A stretch of 63,758 bases of DNA, counting the filler, from Collodictyon triciliatum (Eukaryota): assembly GCA_043381765.1 (NCBI GenBank). It is 17 parts of 17 records of this genome, joined end to end, with 100 filler letters (N's around TTAATTAATTAA, not from the genome) between each part and the next. Parts side by side here need not be neighbours in the genome. Positions count along the whole stretch, not along the records: positions 12,329 to 16,336 come from JBHJMP010006599.1; positions 16,437 to 20,443 come from JBHJMP010006600.1; positions 20,544 to 24,550 come from JBHJMP010006601.1; positions 24,651 to 28,655 come from JBHJMP010006602.1; 13 more parts are not named here. One strand, 5' to 3'. The notes below the pieces were generated by a model, which was not told the origin of the DNA, did not search any database, and was given only the letters and a program-made list of their open reading frames with translations. A program made the position numbers and the translations under genes. Of the stretch, positions 12,493 to 26,069 are shown one piece after another; the stretch's first letter is position 1; every line of letters begins with the position of its first letter.

Positions 12493-15400
12493 ATGGCCAG
12501 TAACCGGGCAACTCTGACGCACACAGAGGCGCAGGAACGACGCGAGCGACTTGTGGCAACACAGGCGGTTTTCTACCAACTGCGAGTGACGCTTCCTTTG
12601 CCGGGTGGATCGGCCTCTGTTGTGGAGGCGCAATGCTGGGTCACGTTTCGACTCAAAACCGCGGCCGAGCAGCACCGAAAAGACTTGCCAATCGAGTTTG
12701 GCGGGTTTCAGATACGCCGTGCATCTCTCAACAATGCGTGGGTCGCTGTGGATGCTGCCTGGAAGAATGGAAAGATATCTCTCCCTGCAGCGCAGCTCAA
12801 GCACGATGCCGCGCTGGATAATGTCCTGTATATGGAGTACTCTGTTCGTGCATCTGCCTCAGGGGCCGGTCTCCGCAGGATTGTCGACCCGACGGATAGC
12901 TCGCCCTTTTTTTTCACAGATTTGAAGGTTGGTGGCTTTCCCTGTATCTCGTCTATAGATTTTGATCACTAAAACGCAATAACTTATCATTGTTGATTAA
13001 TGGTTTTGTGGATTCATNNNNNNNNNNNNNNNNNNNNNNNNNNNNNNNNNNNNNNNNNNNNNNNNNNNNNNNNNNNNNNNNNNNNNNNNNNNNNNNNNNN
13101 NNNNNNNNNNNNNNNNNNNNNNNNNNNNNNNNNNNNNNNNNNNNNNNNNNNNNNNNNNNNNNNNNNNNNNNNNNNNNNNNNNNNNNNNNNNNNNNNNNNN
13201 NNNNNNNNNNNNNNNNNNNNNNNNNNNNNNNNNNNNNNNNNNNNNNNNNNNNNNNNNNNNNNNNNNNNNNNNNNNNNNNNNNNNNNNNNNNNNNNNNNNN
13301 NNNNNNNNNNNNNNNNNNNNNNNNNNNNNNNNNNNNNNNNNNNNNNNNNNNNNNNNNNNNNNNNNNNNNNNNNNNNNNNNNNNNNNNNNNNNNNNNNNNN
13401 NNNNNNNNNNNNNNNNNNNNNNNNNNNNNNNNNNNNNNNNNNNNNNNNNNNNNNNNNNNNNNNNNNNNNNNNNNNNNNNNNNNNNNNNNNNNNNNNNNNN
13501 NATATTTTGAGTTCATGAATTCAGGAGTTCTGTGTAATTCAACTGAGCTCACTATATGATAGGTCCTCATTCGCATTTGCCGCCGGAATTTTTCAGACGT
13601 TTGCCGCATCTGACGAAGGCTGCGGAGTTCCTGTTGGTATACATATCAGAAAAGGATTTTCTTCAAAAATTAAAACAGAGAGCATTCTCTCTAAGGTCAC
13701 AAAAGGTGTGTAGCAACTTGTGCCATATATGAACTCTTTGAAATTTCGCTAGTACACAGGGAAAACAAATCAAGTGCTAAAGCAACTATACATATTATAT
13801 TTACGATGTTATAGCCCTGACTGTTTACGGCCACTATTTCAATTGCCGATACCCCTACGAAAAATACGATGTTGTCATCATAAACAATCCGTTCCACCCA
13901 TGTAATGCCTCTGAAACATTGAATATTAAAGTATCGTTTGTGTTGAAATAAATTCATCTATGTATCTTTTTTCACAGATCGGAATGGTTAGTTACTCACA
14001 AACAAAAATAAATAAATATCGGATCGACCATAGATAAATCAAACGCAGGGTTGGTTGTTTATTCTGAGAGTCTCTTTGAAGAAATTGAAGAGGATTCGTC
14101 TCCTGATTTAAAATACAACGAATTTATTTTCCGAGAAGCTGCCAGAGGATGGATGGGTGTTTATGTGGTTTTCCATTGGTGGTTAGTACATTTTTACGTC
14201 GTCAAATATTTTCATCGGTATCACCACTTTCATATGATTAACTAAAGACTCATTGCACCCAAAAATAAGTACTATCATCTCATGTGGCTCAGCATTCTTA
14301 TTTTCCCCATAGCTATACTATATTTCAGAGATGCTGATTTTTTTTGGGTGGGCTTGTGTTTCATAGGGATATGTGGCTTAATCAATCTCTGGTCAATCTC
14401 CTTACATATATTGGGATGGATTTGTCTAATATTCAAGTAAATGTTTGGCAGGTATTTAAAGTCAAAAATCTATAAGACAACATATCAAGGATTTTTATTC
14501 ATGCTTGATTTTCATTCATTGATTTATTACCCGTATTTTTAGCTATTTTCATCAAAGATTAAGTCTCGTGCCCTCTTGGAAGACCCTCTGGCAAATCCCC
14601 ATTTAATACCAGGTACTATGGGCTTATTATTCGAACCGGGAAAGAAATTTATGCAAGAAGTAACAGAATATATATTAAACCTACCATGTATAGATGCTTC
14701 GGATGCTTCATTCAAAATTGAGCTTTTATCTACATCAAAGGTGCTTTTAGGATTATTATTATATAGAAATGCTAAGTTCATCACTACATGAGCCACATTT
14801 GCTTTGGCCAATTTTCTTTCATTGTAAATTGTGCATTGTATCATTTGCTATACCTACAATTACTAAAAATATATAAATGGTTTCCCTCAGGGCTCGGCTA
14901 TACTTTTCCAACTATATCACATTCTACAACCGAATAACTTTCAAGAAGTCATGGTATCCTTGTGTCAAACTTATCCGTTCTGCTGCATGGAAGTTCATGG
15001 TTTCCAATCCGTAATCGAGGTACTCTAATAAATATGATGCATTACATATTTTCATTTTGGATGTCATGTTTGAAACTACCATCGTTTTGAATTAACTGAC
15101 TAGAACATCTGCTCATTTTGTCTACAAAAGAAAAAATTTCAGTTTAGCACCAATAATGGAGAATCTGTTGATTTTGAAAGCTGGTGGGATTGTTGGATGT
15201 ATGGGGAGGGTAAGTATAGTATGCATCGTGATTCGTATGAAAATTCTTGATAAGTGTGAGCCAAGATTACTGAAGATCAGAAATAAAATATGATTTATTA
15301 TTTCAAGGACTAAACGTAATATCAGTCAATGTCGATGTTAATGCAAATCAAAAAATCAACAAGTTTGAAGTGGTAGTTATTTATCAATATTATTTTCATG

Positions 15401-16171
15401 ATGTTTGTTTGTTTGTTTGTTTGTTTGTTTGTTTGTTTGTTTGTTTGTTTGTTTGTTTGTTTGTTTGTTTGTTTGTTTGTTTGTTTGTTTGTTTGTTTGT
15501 ATGTTTGTATGTTTGTTTGTTTGTTTGTATGTTTGTTTGTTTGTTTGAATTTAATAGTAAGATGAAAAGCCCATTTATGTAATACCCGTTAGATCATTTA
15601 TGCTGAAAACTACAATTTTAGCACCAAGCTGGAGATTCGATTCGTCCTCATTATTTCAAAATACTTCTGGGCTATATGAGCGATGGGCAAAGTATGTTTT
15701 AACGACACTTTTCAAGTATTTACTTAGATATGTCACGCCTCTGGTAACAGCTCTGCAAATTAGATGAAAAATAAAAAAAAAAACAATTATACATGTTTGA
15801 CTATTACTTTGGTTAATATTTCTGCTTGCATTTATCTCAAAGTCATGGAGAATAGATTAATCGATGTCAGACTCGCTGATTCATCCATGTGCTTGCAGGA
15901 GTTAAGGGGACAGAATGCTCCCTCTGTGATATTTCCAAATTATGAAGATATTGGTAATTTCTTCTCGTATTCCGATATATCGATAACCGTATCTGTGATG
16001 GATGCATGATGTCAAGAGTGGATTCAAGAATGCAATCGAAATTTGCTAGGTCTATTCTCTGTCTCTTTGGATTATATGTCGCTCTCTTTCGTAAAGAAAA
16101 ACATATCCAAAGTATATCACGCCCAAACCAGAAACATGATTTCGTCCATACTTCGCGATTTATCCATACAG
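12493..16171 (+). CDS. M1-family aminopeptidase N homolog (actinobacterial PepN-like), predicted catalytically inactive; internal gap, 3' truncated
   Basis: LTHTEAQERRERL, GAGLRRIVDPTD..FFTD, YPYEKYDVV, NAGLVVYSE, IFREAARGWMG, WW|DMWLNQS, SK|GSAILFQL, IFPNYEDI|GLFSVSLD follow the PepN motif order, but HExxH, NE, GAMEN and the catalytic Tyr are substituted. Confidence 0.8.
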
Positions 16172-16231
16172 GCAACATTTCTATTATTATCATTATTATT
16201 ATCATTATTATTATCATTATTATTATTATTA

Positions 16232-16336
<105 letters not shown>

Positions 16337-16436
16337 NNNNNNNNNNNNNNNNNNNNNNNNNNNNNNNNNNNNNNNNNNNNTTAATTAATTAANNNNNNNN
16401 NNNNNNNNNNNNNNNNNNNNNNNNNNNNNNNNNNNN

Positions 16437-16782
16437 AGGCGATATTTGGGCCTCTGCAACAGCTGCGTCCAGAGGCAAAAACATTCTGGGCAGTGACGCG
16501 AGGCCATTTGCTATGGACTATGTGGATAGCGCGCACATACTCACGCAAAGCAAGACTCAACAACCAGCCACCCATTCCTGTAATAGACTGAATGATATCA
16601 TACAAATCTATTTCCTCAATAGCTTCCTTCGCCACCTGAACGTTCTCTGCTACTCAGACTCTGTAAGAAGAGACATGTGGAAAGAGGCTGAGAAAGATAT
16701 TAAACCTTGCCTTGTATCTCATTTAACCACGCACTGGAATAAAAATGAAAAACCCCATCCTTTAATTGATCCCTTTAAATAG
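16437..16782 (+). mobile_element. Degenerate 3' end of L1/Tx1-like non-LTR retrotransposon ORF2 (copy 1)
   Basis: AIFGP..FWAVTRGHLLWTMWIART..[frameshift]..YFLNSFLRHLNVLCYSDSVRRDMW is homologous to the ORF at 45464-45967 (ILFGP..LWTVTRGHMLWSLWSVRA..YRFLNRLLKHAGILRYSDRKRREMW). Confidence 0.7.
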
Positions 16783-17282
16783 AATAAATATAAACATGAA
16801 TGCAAAGGTGGCACCCTACTTGACAGAGAAGGCTAAAAAAACTCTTTTCGCTCAACATTTTTGACGGGCATATGTCCTGAAGAGAAAAAAACAGCAAAAG
16901 AATAGAGAACGGAAAAAAAAAAGTAATAGAGAAAAGATAAAGAGAGAAAAAAAAAAGGAGGGCAACACTCAACGCCAACTACCAAGTTCAACCGCAAGCA
17001 ACCTCCTCTTTAGCGTATAGAAGCAACTCGGTCGGCTATTTCTTTAAAGCAGAAAGTCTAGAGTTCTGCGACTACCTGCTTGTGAGATGATTTATAGTAT
17101 AGAATATTATTTTTATCAAGTCGTTCCGCTTCGACTCCAGAATAACATCTAAGAGAAAGGGGAAGAGGAAACACCGCAGTTAGGCAAAGCCGCAAGAAAC
17201 CCTCCGTCGAGGACCATTACAGACTGCTGCCACTCAAACCCAACACAATCCTCACAAAGCAGATCAGGCTCGTTCTGGAGAT

Positions 17283-20080
17283 ATGATCGGCATTGCCGAG
17301 ATTCAGAGTCTGCAGCGCCTTCTCCAGGAACACGAGGCTGCCTCATTCCGGACTCTGCGAACCCGCTTCGAGCAAACGTTTCTGCCCAACGACACGGCGC
17401 TTGTCTGCTGCGTTCTTGCGCAGCTCTTTGCAGATGGGCTGCTTCTGAATCAAGCGCAGCGCGTTGCAGCTTTGTTTCTGATATACGCGCAGCAGCGAAA
17501 CACCCCGTGGCACTTGCACCCTTTTCTGTCGTTCTGGCTTGACTCTCTCGACGCAGCACGCTCGATTCCCATGTCGATCTCGGTGGCTGAGGAAAACATG
17601 TTTATTCTTTTGCTTCACTCCGGTAATTACGAGGTATGAGTTGCATTCATTCATTTATTCCTTTTCCTTTTCCTTTTCCTTTTCCTTTTCCTTTTCCTTC
17701 CATCACAGAACCCCGAACCTCAGTGCAGTCCTTCATATGTTAGAAAGTTTTCGTGTCTCCGTCACTCATGTGTTTATTTAGACTTCTTTATATATTTTTA
17801 GTTTCATTTACTTAACATATTTATTCGTAATTATTTTTCTTTTACATCGCAACTCTTCAACCTAGTCATGCATCCTACTGTATTTCTTTTCAGCATCTAT
17901 TCATCAACATTCACTTTCGTAGATAAGGGATATAAATTGTGTATTTAAATCAAAATTCAACATGTCTCACATGAATAGTAGGGTTCTTTCCTTAATTTTT
18001 TGTATAAATTATGCTCCACAGAATATCACAAACATGACACCTCTTGATTTCGTTCGCCTACACTCCGAAAGGTTGACGCCTATTACAATTGACTTGGTTC
18101 CTCTAAGGCAAGCACGCCAGGAATTCAAGGAAAAGTACATCCAAAGGAAGCCTGCTGAAGGGCATCATTCGGGTCCGCTGATCAGTCCAGTTCACTCCTA
18201 CAGCGTGAACCCATTGATTCCTGCCCCTGATGACTCACAGAAGCAAGGGTAAAATAACTTACTAAAACAAAAAGAAAAGGGAATCTTCTGGTTGTATACA
18301 TCGTCTGACTTTTTTTTTCTTATCAGGCCATATAAATCGGCACCATATTTGCTTTTTACATATATACTCTTCTCCTTTTTTTTTCCTTCCATAATGTTTA
18401 CTTTTTGCTTCAATAACTGGTAAAGAGGGCGACTTGAGAAGCTTCATGAGTACGTATCAATGAGCCCCATGAAGCCCCAATTTTCAAACATTCCACCCAA
18501 TCCAACTCCTCCATTCACTGGTGAAGTATGTACAACTATAACAATAGTTCTTATTTGTTGATTTGTTGAGTATCAAAGAAAGATGATTTCTACGATGGCA
18601 TTATGTATTTATTTTTGCAACCCCCTCCCCTGAATATTTTACTTGAGCTCAGTCATTATTTATTTATCACTGTATAAACTCAAAAGCAAACTATTTTAGA
18701 TGGAATGGCTCCACCCCGAGACCACGTTCCAACTCCTTTGGGATCCATCGACTCTTGAAGACCGGCCGCCAAAAGAAGAGTTTCGGAGACTGCTAAATCA
18801 TGCATATGATGGTACATTAGATCAGATCCAAGTCAAATTCATGTTAGAGCAGGTACCATGAGACTTTTTGTGTCATGAAATTTTGATTGCACGTCAAATT
18901 ATTGTCGGTTATGTTCACTCTTAGGTGTGAAGGCTATTGCTAGATCCATATGATTTATATCCTGTTACTATTACATGACTATATCTCCTTTGCAGATAGA
19001 AGCAGACCCGAGTTTAATATCCCAGAGTGGTCTTAGCCCTGGAAAGCTTCCATCACTCATCGAAAATAGTTCACAGCTTGCAGCCGAAATACTATTGAAA
19101 CTAATGAATAGTCCCAATATAAAGGAGTACGTTCGTATTTGAAAACGACATTAATAACTTTAAGCACTTAATCAAACAGATTTGGCTGAGAAATTGGTAC
19201 TTTGAGTAATGAAATAGAAAATAAGAGATAAAATGTAATGTAATGAAAAGATAATAATAGAGTGGGACCCCAATCCATCAGCTTTGCATGACTTGAATCT
19301 AAATCGACAATTTGAATAACACCCGATTATATAGTTATTTGGCAGAGCTTATTAATATGGAAACCGGATTACATTCCATGGAAGTTGTGAACAAGGTATC
19401 CAGCCAGACAAACCTCCCTACAGAATTTCTTCAGCAGTATATAGACCGTTGCATCAGCCTGTGTCGCAACCAAAAGGTAAGCTGATGGATAATTACATCT
19501 AATCAATGCCACCTGAAGCAAAAACTATATTCAAACACTCGATTAATTTCCGTGAAAAATATTAAATCTAAGAATGAATGAATAAAATAAAATAAACATA
19601 TTCGATTAATGAGGAGTGCGTTGATATTCCTTGGATATGATTTCGTAATGTGCTCCAAACTAAACGAGCTGGTAATAAATACAGTAATTTTCGTCACAAT
19701 TTGTACACAGGATAAGTATGTTCAACATCGCTATGTCCGTTTAGTATGTGTCTTCCTCCAATCCCTTATTCGAAACAAGTCCGTTAATGCTGCTGACGTA
19801 TTTTTACCTGTCCAAGTAAATCACACCTTCCCGTAACATCACTCATTATACTTGTTTATGGAATACAAATGTCATGAACTCTGCTCACAGTCTTATTCGA
19901 ACATCTTCATCTACTGCTATGGTTTGGGGGTGGGCTATGTCCGAGCCATATTCTGCCACTCGTGGTTCACTCATTCCCTCCTCATCCTTCTCTGCATCAC
20001 AGTCCTTCTGTATTGAATTCAGCCGGATTAGCGAGGCCGTAACCCTCTTCCGTCTTCTCACCACACTGGTTCCGCAATGA
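17283..20080 (+). CDS. CNOT11: CCR4-NOT complex subunit 11, multi-exon
   Basis: N-terminal [19 protein letters not shown]-terminal [70 protein letters not shown]. Confidence 0.92.
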
Positions 20081-20543
20081 CACAACCACACCCGAAGCCA
20101 TCCCTCCTTCCATCTCCGCGGCTGGCCCGAACCCAATCGAATCGGCGTATTTCCCTCTCTTTCTCCTTCTCGAACTTTCTGCCTGTTCACCGAAATAAAT
20201 CACATCCAGGAAAGTGTAACTCTGATCAGGTTTCATACCGCTTTGGAAAAGGAAACTTGATCGGGTTTACTGCTTTGCTTCTGGGCGTTGGAATAGAACT
20301 GGGCTCGTGGCTTCATACCTCTTCCCCCAGGGGAAACCCCACGCCCCTTTGTTTTGTTTTGTTTTGTTTTGTTTTGTTTTGTTTTGTTTTGTTTTGTTTT
20401 GTTTTGTTTTGTTTTGTTTTGTTTTGTTTTGTTTTGTTTTGTTNNNNNNNNNNNNNNNNNNNNNNNNNNNNNNNNNNNNNNNNNNNNTTAATTAATTAAN
20501 NNNNNNNNNNNNNNNNNNNNNNNNNNNNNNNNNNNNNNNNNNN

Positions 20544-20700
20544 TTATGATGTTTGTTTTATGATGTTTGTTTTATGATGTTTGTTTTATGATGTTTGTTT
20601 TATGATGTTTGTTTTATGATGTTTGTTTTATGATGTTTGTTTTATGTTTGTTTTGTGTTTGTTTTATGTTTGTTTTGTGTTTGTTTTGTGTTTGTTTTGT
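20544..20700. repeat. TTTTAT-core minisatellite (TTTTATGATGTTTG)n; related arrays at 24651, 36961, 41066, 61523
   Basis: Direct tandem arrays with 10-14 bp units at contig starts. Confidence 0.85.
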
Positions 20701-21251
20701 GCTTTTATGACTATTTCATGACGAAAAAATTCCCACTCGTCACCAAAGCTGTAAATAGTCCAGAGATTAAACTGGCTTCTAGACTAGGTACCCATGATTA
20801 TGTATCTTCTAGTAAATTACGTCCAACTCACGCTATTCTCCCGCATTGAAACATGATTACAAATTGCTTACTATAAATTCCAGATACAACATGGGAACAA
20901 AGTGCAGCGTTCCCAAGCCACACAGCCACAGCCACAGTCACTTCAGCCGTTGTACAGGGAACCATTCGCAGCCTCAAAGGATACTTAAACCAGCCAGGCA
21001 TTCCCAAACGCTCTACTCGCATGATGAATAACACAGAGCAGCTCATATCACAAGTGGCTCGGCGCGCAACATCAGCATACCAGCAACCTTCGTCATACCG
21101 AAGACGGAAAAGCCAGCTACCTGTCAAAGATGCCGAGTGATCCGATGCGCAGAGACTGACTCAGCTTCTCCATTAATCCCCCAGCATCTCAGATCATGAA
21201 CACATTCATCCCCACACACTTTAGGCCCAGCATCCCAGAAGAAAAGAGAAG

Positions 21252-22101
21252 ATGAAGACCATCGCCACTGTCCTGTTTGCCCTTGTCCTTGTTGGCGCAT
21301 CTGTTGCCGTCCCTGTTCAGCAAGGTTTCCGACAATCCCTGTGCATTTACTCGTCCACTGCATTGAATCTGTCGTTTACATGCATCTGTCTTCAATCCCG
21401 CTTTGTCTGAGCTGCAATGACTCACGCCAGAAACACACAGCCGTCGTAGCCGACTTCACCATCGGCTCCAGCTTCAACACTGACCCGCGCGGAACAGCCG
21501 TCTCCTTTGTCAACGCAGCAACCTCCACGATAGACATCACCATGTACAAGTACGAGGACACAACCATCCACAACGCCATCGTTGCTGCCATCCGCCGTGG
21601 AGTTATCGTAATTGATTTCACGCCTCACAATCATATTCTTTGTTTTGCCTTCTGGACCTCTATGCGTCTGTTTGCTGCTTTTGCTTGTGCACCTTCATTC
21701 TCTGAAAGAGAGAAAGGAAAAGAAAGGAAGATATAAGACAGAGCTTGCGACGCACGCGTCGATACAAGATTGTCATAAGAATAAGCGTTTTATATGCGTG
21801 CGTAAAGGTCCGCGCCATTGTGGACAACACTGAGGCCGGCACCAAGGACTCTCTCGTGAAGGCTCTTGCTTCGGCTGGCGCTTCAGTCCGCACATGGTCC
21901 GGCGTTGGTAGCTTCGACAAGCTCCATTCCAAGTTTTCCGTCTATGACAGCGCAAAAGTCCTGACCGGCACAAACAACTGGACAAACTCGGGTGCCACTA
22001 CAAACATGGAGATTGTCATTGCCTTCGAGGCCGCCTCTGCTGTTGCCACCTTCCAAGGCAACTTTGACACCCTCTACTCCCAGGGCCGTCCAGTCTTTTA
22101 A
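21252..22101 (+). CDS. Single-domain phospholipase D-superfamily (Nuc/PLD6-like) HKD nuclease with signal peptide
   Basis: Exons 21252-21324, 21441-21607, 21808-22101; MKTIATVLFALVLVGASVA; AATSTIDITMY..IHNAIVAAIRRGVI|VRAIVD; HSKFSVYD (HxKxxxxD)..TGTNNWT..NME. Confidence 0.88.
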
Positions 22102-22498
22102 GCCATAAAGCAGCCATCGCCTTTGGATTCCCAAACTTGTTGTGTCGCAGAGTCTGGACGAAGAGACCCAGCTGCTCGTCTGATTGAACGAGCTGTCAGC
22201 CTAACTCCCTCCATCTCGATTGATTGTTTGATTGTTTGATTGATGATAACAACAGAAACAATGATGGTGGACCAATTCGGTGAGAATACCGCCAACTCCC
22301 CTCTATGTGTGTCTCTGACATCCTCCAGAATCATCAACATAATCTTTTCTTTTTTCTCGTTTTTTGTTTTTTGTTTTTTGTTTTTTGTTTTTTGTTTTTT
22401 GTTTTTGGTATCCATCTTGCATTTTCCGATTAGATGAGAAGTAACCGAGCCAGAAAACATCGTTGAAACGTTGCTCTTGTTTCTAGTGCACAACTCGT

Positions 22499-23768
22499 TT
22501 ATTCATCTGTGACGCCTTGCTGCGCACTGCTCTGCTCTTGCTGCGAAGAAGATGCTGCGTCCTGCTTTGTTCTTCCCGGTGGCTTTGGTCTCGAAGCCTG
22601 GCGCGTCTCCTGGGGCTGAGCCTGCGATGGTGGAGTAGCTGGCGATGCAGGATTAGACTTGGATTCCCTGGAATCCAGTAGCATGGTGACTGGCCCGTCA
22701 TTGACCAGGGAAACGCCCATCATGGCACCAAACACGCCGTCCTTGACACGATCGGGATTGTATGTTTTGCCCACTTGCTCTACAAATTGCTGGTAAAAAG
22801 TCCGCGAGCTCTCGGAGCTCATGGCGAGGTGGAAGTCAGGCTTGTTCCCTTTGAATGCGCCGTACAGGGTGAACTGACTCACTATGCGTGCATGTGTATT
22901 CAAGGACAAAGGCACATTCATCAGTCAGGTTCTCGGAAATAAATGCTTTCATGACAAAGTGGTAAGCGACCAGAAATACAGAAGGAGGAAGGCTTTGCAA
23001 TCGGATGTTTCGGTTGTTGTTGTCATCGTCGTCGTTTCTTAGTAGCTTCACCACAGTTTAGTGGGAGAAAGGAAAGTCGAAGAGAAAAGGAAGTATAGAG
23101 AGAACTGACGTCAAATTGAAATGTATTGATGCATCAAGGTCGCGGTCGTTATGTGCATTCGCATATTTTACCTAGAAGCACTTCATAGTTCATGTCCACT
23201 ACATTACTTGACCACGGCTTCCCCTCCGAGTTTGGCCATAGGCGGATGTTAAGTATCTTTCGCAGTCTTTTGATAAAGGAGCGAAAGAGAAAGAACCGAC
23301 ACAAATATGTTTACTTTTAAAAATGCTGTTGTTGAAAACAAGAACATATCAGGCGAATACTCAGTGTTGAATACTTATACATATGGGATGTGGGTGAAGA
23401 AATTAGTTGTATAGAATGGGTGTTTTTTTTTTCCTGGTACTGGATTGCAGCAGGTATGTCATCTGTGTGCGGTGATACACAAGAAGAAAATAAACAAAAC
23501 AAAAAAACAAAATAAGGAAAACAAAGCAAAATAGGAGGAAACAAAAACAAAAGACTATGAAAGATAAAGAAAAAGAAAAAGGAAAAGATAGAAATAGAAA
23601 AAGGAAAGAAAAAAGATAATAAATAAAAAAGTACATATAGTCCGTATCGGTTTTTATGTCGTCCCTGCTGATGCCGACGAGAACCAGTATTCCCGGACCG
23701 ATGGAAGAAACAATCTTTCCTTCCACCTCAACACTGGCGCTGCGGACTCGTTGAATGACTGCCTTCAT
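22499..23768 (-). CDS. DTD1: D-aminoacyl-tRNA deacylase 1 with a short low-complexity C-terminal tail
   Basis: [60 protein letters not shown]; three exons. Confidence 0.95.
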
Positions 23769-24787
23769 CTGATCAGAGTGTCTCGGTGAGCAGCGTTTCG
23801 CGGGTGCCTTTGAAACTCTATTGCCATCCCGCTGCGCTGAAGATCGCTTGCTTCAGATTCGTCGCTGTGTGGCGAACCACGATTGGATAGAAGATTCCAG
23901 ATAAGTACATCATATGTGGAAATTATATGTTATTCTCTAAAATGACTCACACAATATAGTGAGAGCGATATATATACCAATATAGTATAATTAATTATAA
24001 TTATATACTGAAAAAATAAAATAAATTGTGAATATTCCGAAACCGTCGCATTCAATTCGCTGTCCTTCTGGCGTTCTTCCAGAACTCATCTTATACCTGA
24101 AATGGATCTGATTGCAAATCAGCTGGTCAAATCACAAGACCATTTTTATTTTTCTGCCTTATTCGATTTTTTTTTGGGTGTAATGTCCATAAAAAGGCGA
24201 TAGAAATAACCAAGAGAAAAAACAGATGGGTGGATACCCACGGCCTAATCAGACCGGCGCGCACTGCTTAGATGTTGCAGCTTTTGAACCCAACTACGAT
24301 TTCTAGTGTAGCATGTTGGTGGTGATGGTGATAGTGATGGTGATGGGGTGCGGTCAAAGATGCTCCTAACTTGAGCATGTCACAAGCAAACCGATTCAGT
24401 TGCTCCAGTATTTGGGGTACTCTGTGCTGATCCGGTTTCTTCAGTTTTTGTTTTATCTTTCCTTGGCTGCCTCCTGCCTTGTGCCAACGATAACAAAAAA
24501 AACAAAAAACAAAAAAACAAAAAAACAAAAAAACAAAAAAACAAAAACAANNNNNNNNNNNNNNNNNNNNNNNNNNNNNNNNNNNNNNNNNNNNTTAATT
24601 AATTAANNNNNNNNNNNNNNNNNNNNNNNNNNNNNNNNNNNNNNNNNNNNTTTTTATGTCTTTTTTTATGTCTTTTTTTATGTCTTTTTTTATGTCTTTT
24701 TTTATGTCTTTTTTTATGTCTTTTTTATGTCTTTTTTATGTCTTTTTTATAGTGTGCCTTTTTAAATCACTGATATTACCCTCTTAG

Positions 24788-26069
24788 ATGATTTTTAGAG
24801 CAGGATTAGTGCTCTGCGTTGCTTATATTCTTGTTTCGTCATCATACCCCGGCGCATTGGCTGCAAGAAATGACATCACTCCGTTCAAGTTCTTTTCTCG
24901 GTTTGCTCTTCGTAAAATAAAAGGAAATGGAATGAGAAAACACGTTCTATATTATATTTTGTGCATTTTTTCCACTCTGTATACAAAGTTTGTAAGGGTA
25001 TGTCTAATATGAATCCCTTTTTTTCTCGTAGAAACTTTTTCATTCACCGGGTCTTAACCGATGAATTGAATAATTCAAAAAGTATTTACAGATTTTTTTT
25101 GTTCAAAATAGCATCATTATTTATTATTTGCAGCTATTACAATGACAATATGTGAAATAGGCCTATGTCACACGCAATTACTAGTAGAGTCTTTTATGAC
25201 TTTGGCAAAGCCTTAAAATTCTCATGATTAATCTTTCGTAGTGGAGGAATTCCCAACTGCACAGGTAGAGTTATTTAAAGAGGTTGATTTGAGTATCCTG
25301 TACGGGAATGCAACTTTATTTCAAGGAAATGGAGCTCAGGATACGATACCTCTAAGAATGTAAACTTAATCAAGTATTATAAACAAAAAAAAAATGCTTA
25401 TCTTTCTCTCCTTATTTCTTTATAGGTCGGTGAATAGTACATAATACAATTAAAGCTTCATCATTTTCATTTTAGAAAGTTCAGTAACAGATTCTCTGGA
25501 ACAGTTCATGCCAAACATGATTACGATCCTTTTTCTGGAGAGGGTTTCGATATTAAGGATATTGAGAATATAGTTAGATTATATAGATCGATTTGTGAAA
25601 AGATTATTCAATAATAATAATAATAAACATTTTAAAATGCCAAGATTTTCGGGCATAACATTATATTCTTTGGCCTGAATGCAGATCGGCTATGATCCAA
25701 TCTTAGATTTCGAGTTTGTCGCTTACGGAGAGGATGTATTTGCTTCTGTTGGTAAAGCTCAGGTTGTCGATATTATTATTATTTTTTGATATGATTCAAA
25801 TATTTGTTTTTTCATTATCATTTATTCATGTCAATCACCCCTTTTAGCTCTTTGAAGATGGGAGAACTCGGTTCTTTTTGACCCTTTTTTACATCTTTTT
25901 CTCTTTTTTTATAAATATGCATCAACGGATTCAACAAAAGCTGCGTGTGACACGGGGCTCGTTCATCCAAATCTTTATTCAGACACCAGACACATTCTTT
26001 GTCAATATTCTCGACCACACAAAAGAAAAGCTTGAGGTTGGCCACCACCTGTCTCGCATTAGCATTTAA
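24788..26069 (+). CDS. Hypothetical multi-exon protein with a signal-peptide-like N-terminus; exon structure ambiguous
   Basis: MIFRAGLVLCVAYILVSSSYPGALAA followed by short GT-AG bounded open segments; no recognisable family. Confidence 0.35.

Noticed and set aside
13978-13986. Possible 9-nt microexon (cag|ATCGGAATG|gttagt) in the M1 gene
   Set aside because: Skipping it gives a gap-free match to PepN spacing, and inclusion would need a 47-nt intron; unresolved without RNA data.
14954-14961. GTATCCTT U12-like donor in the M1 gene
   Set aside because: Lies inside an exon whose translation matches the PepN helix pattern without a gap.
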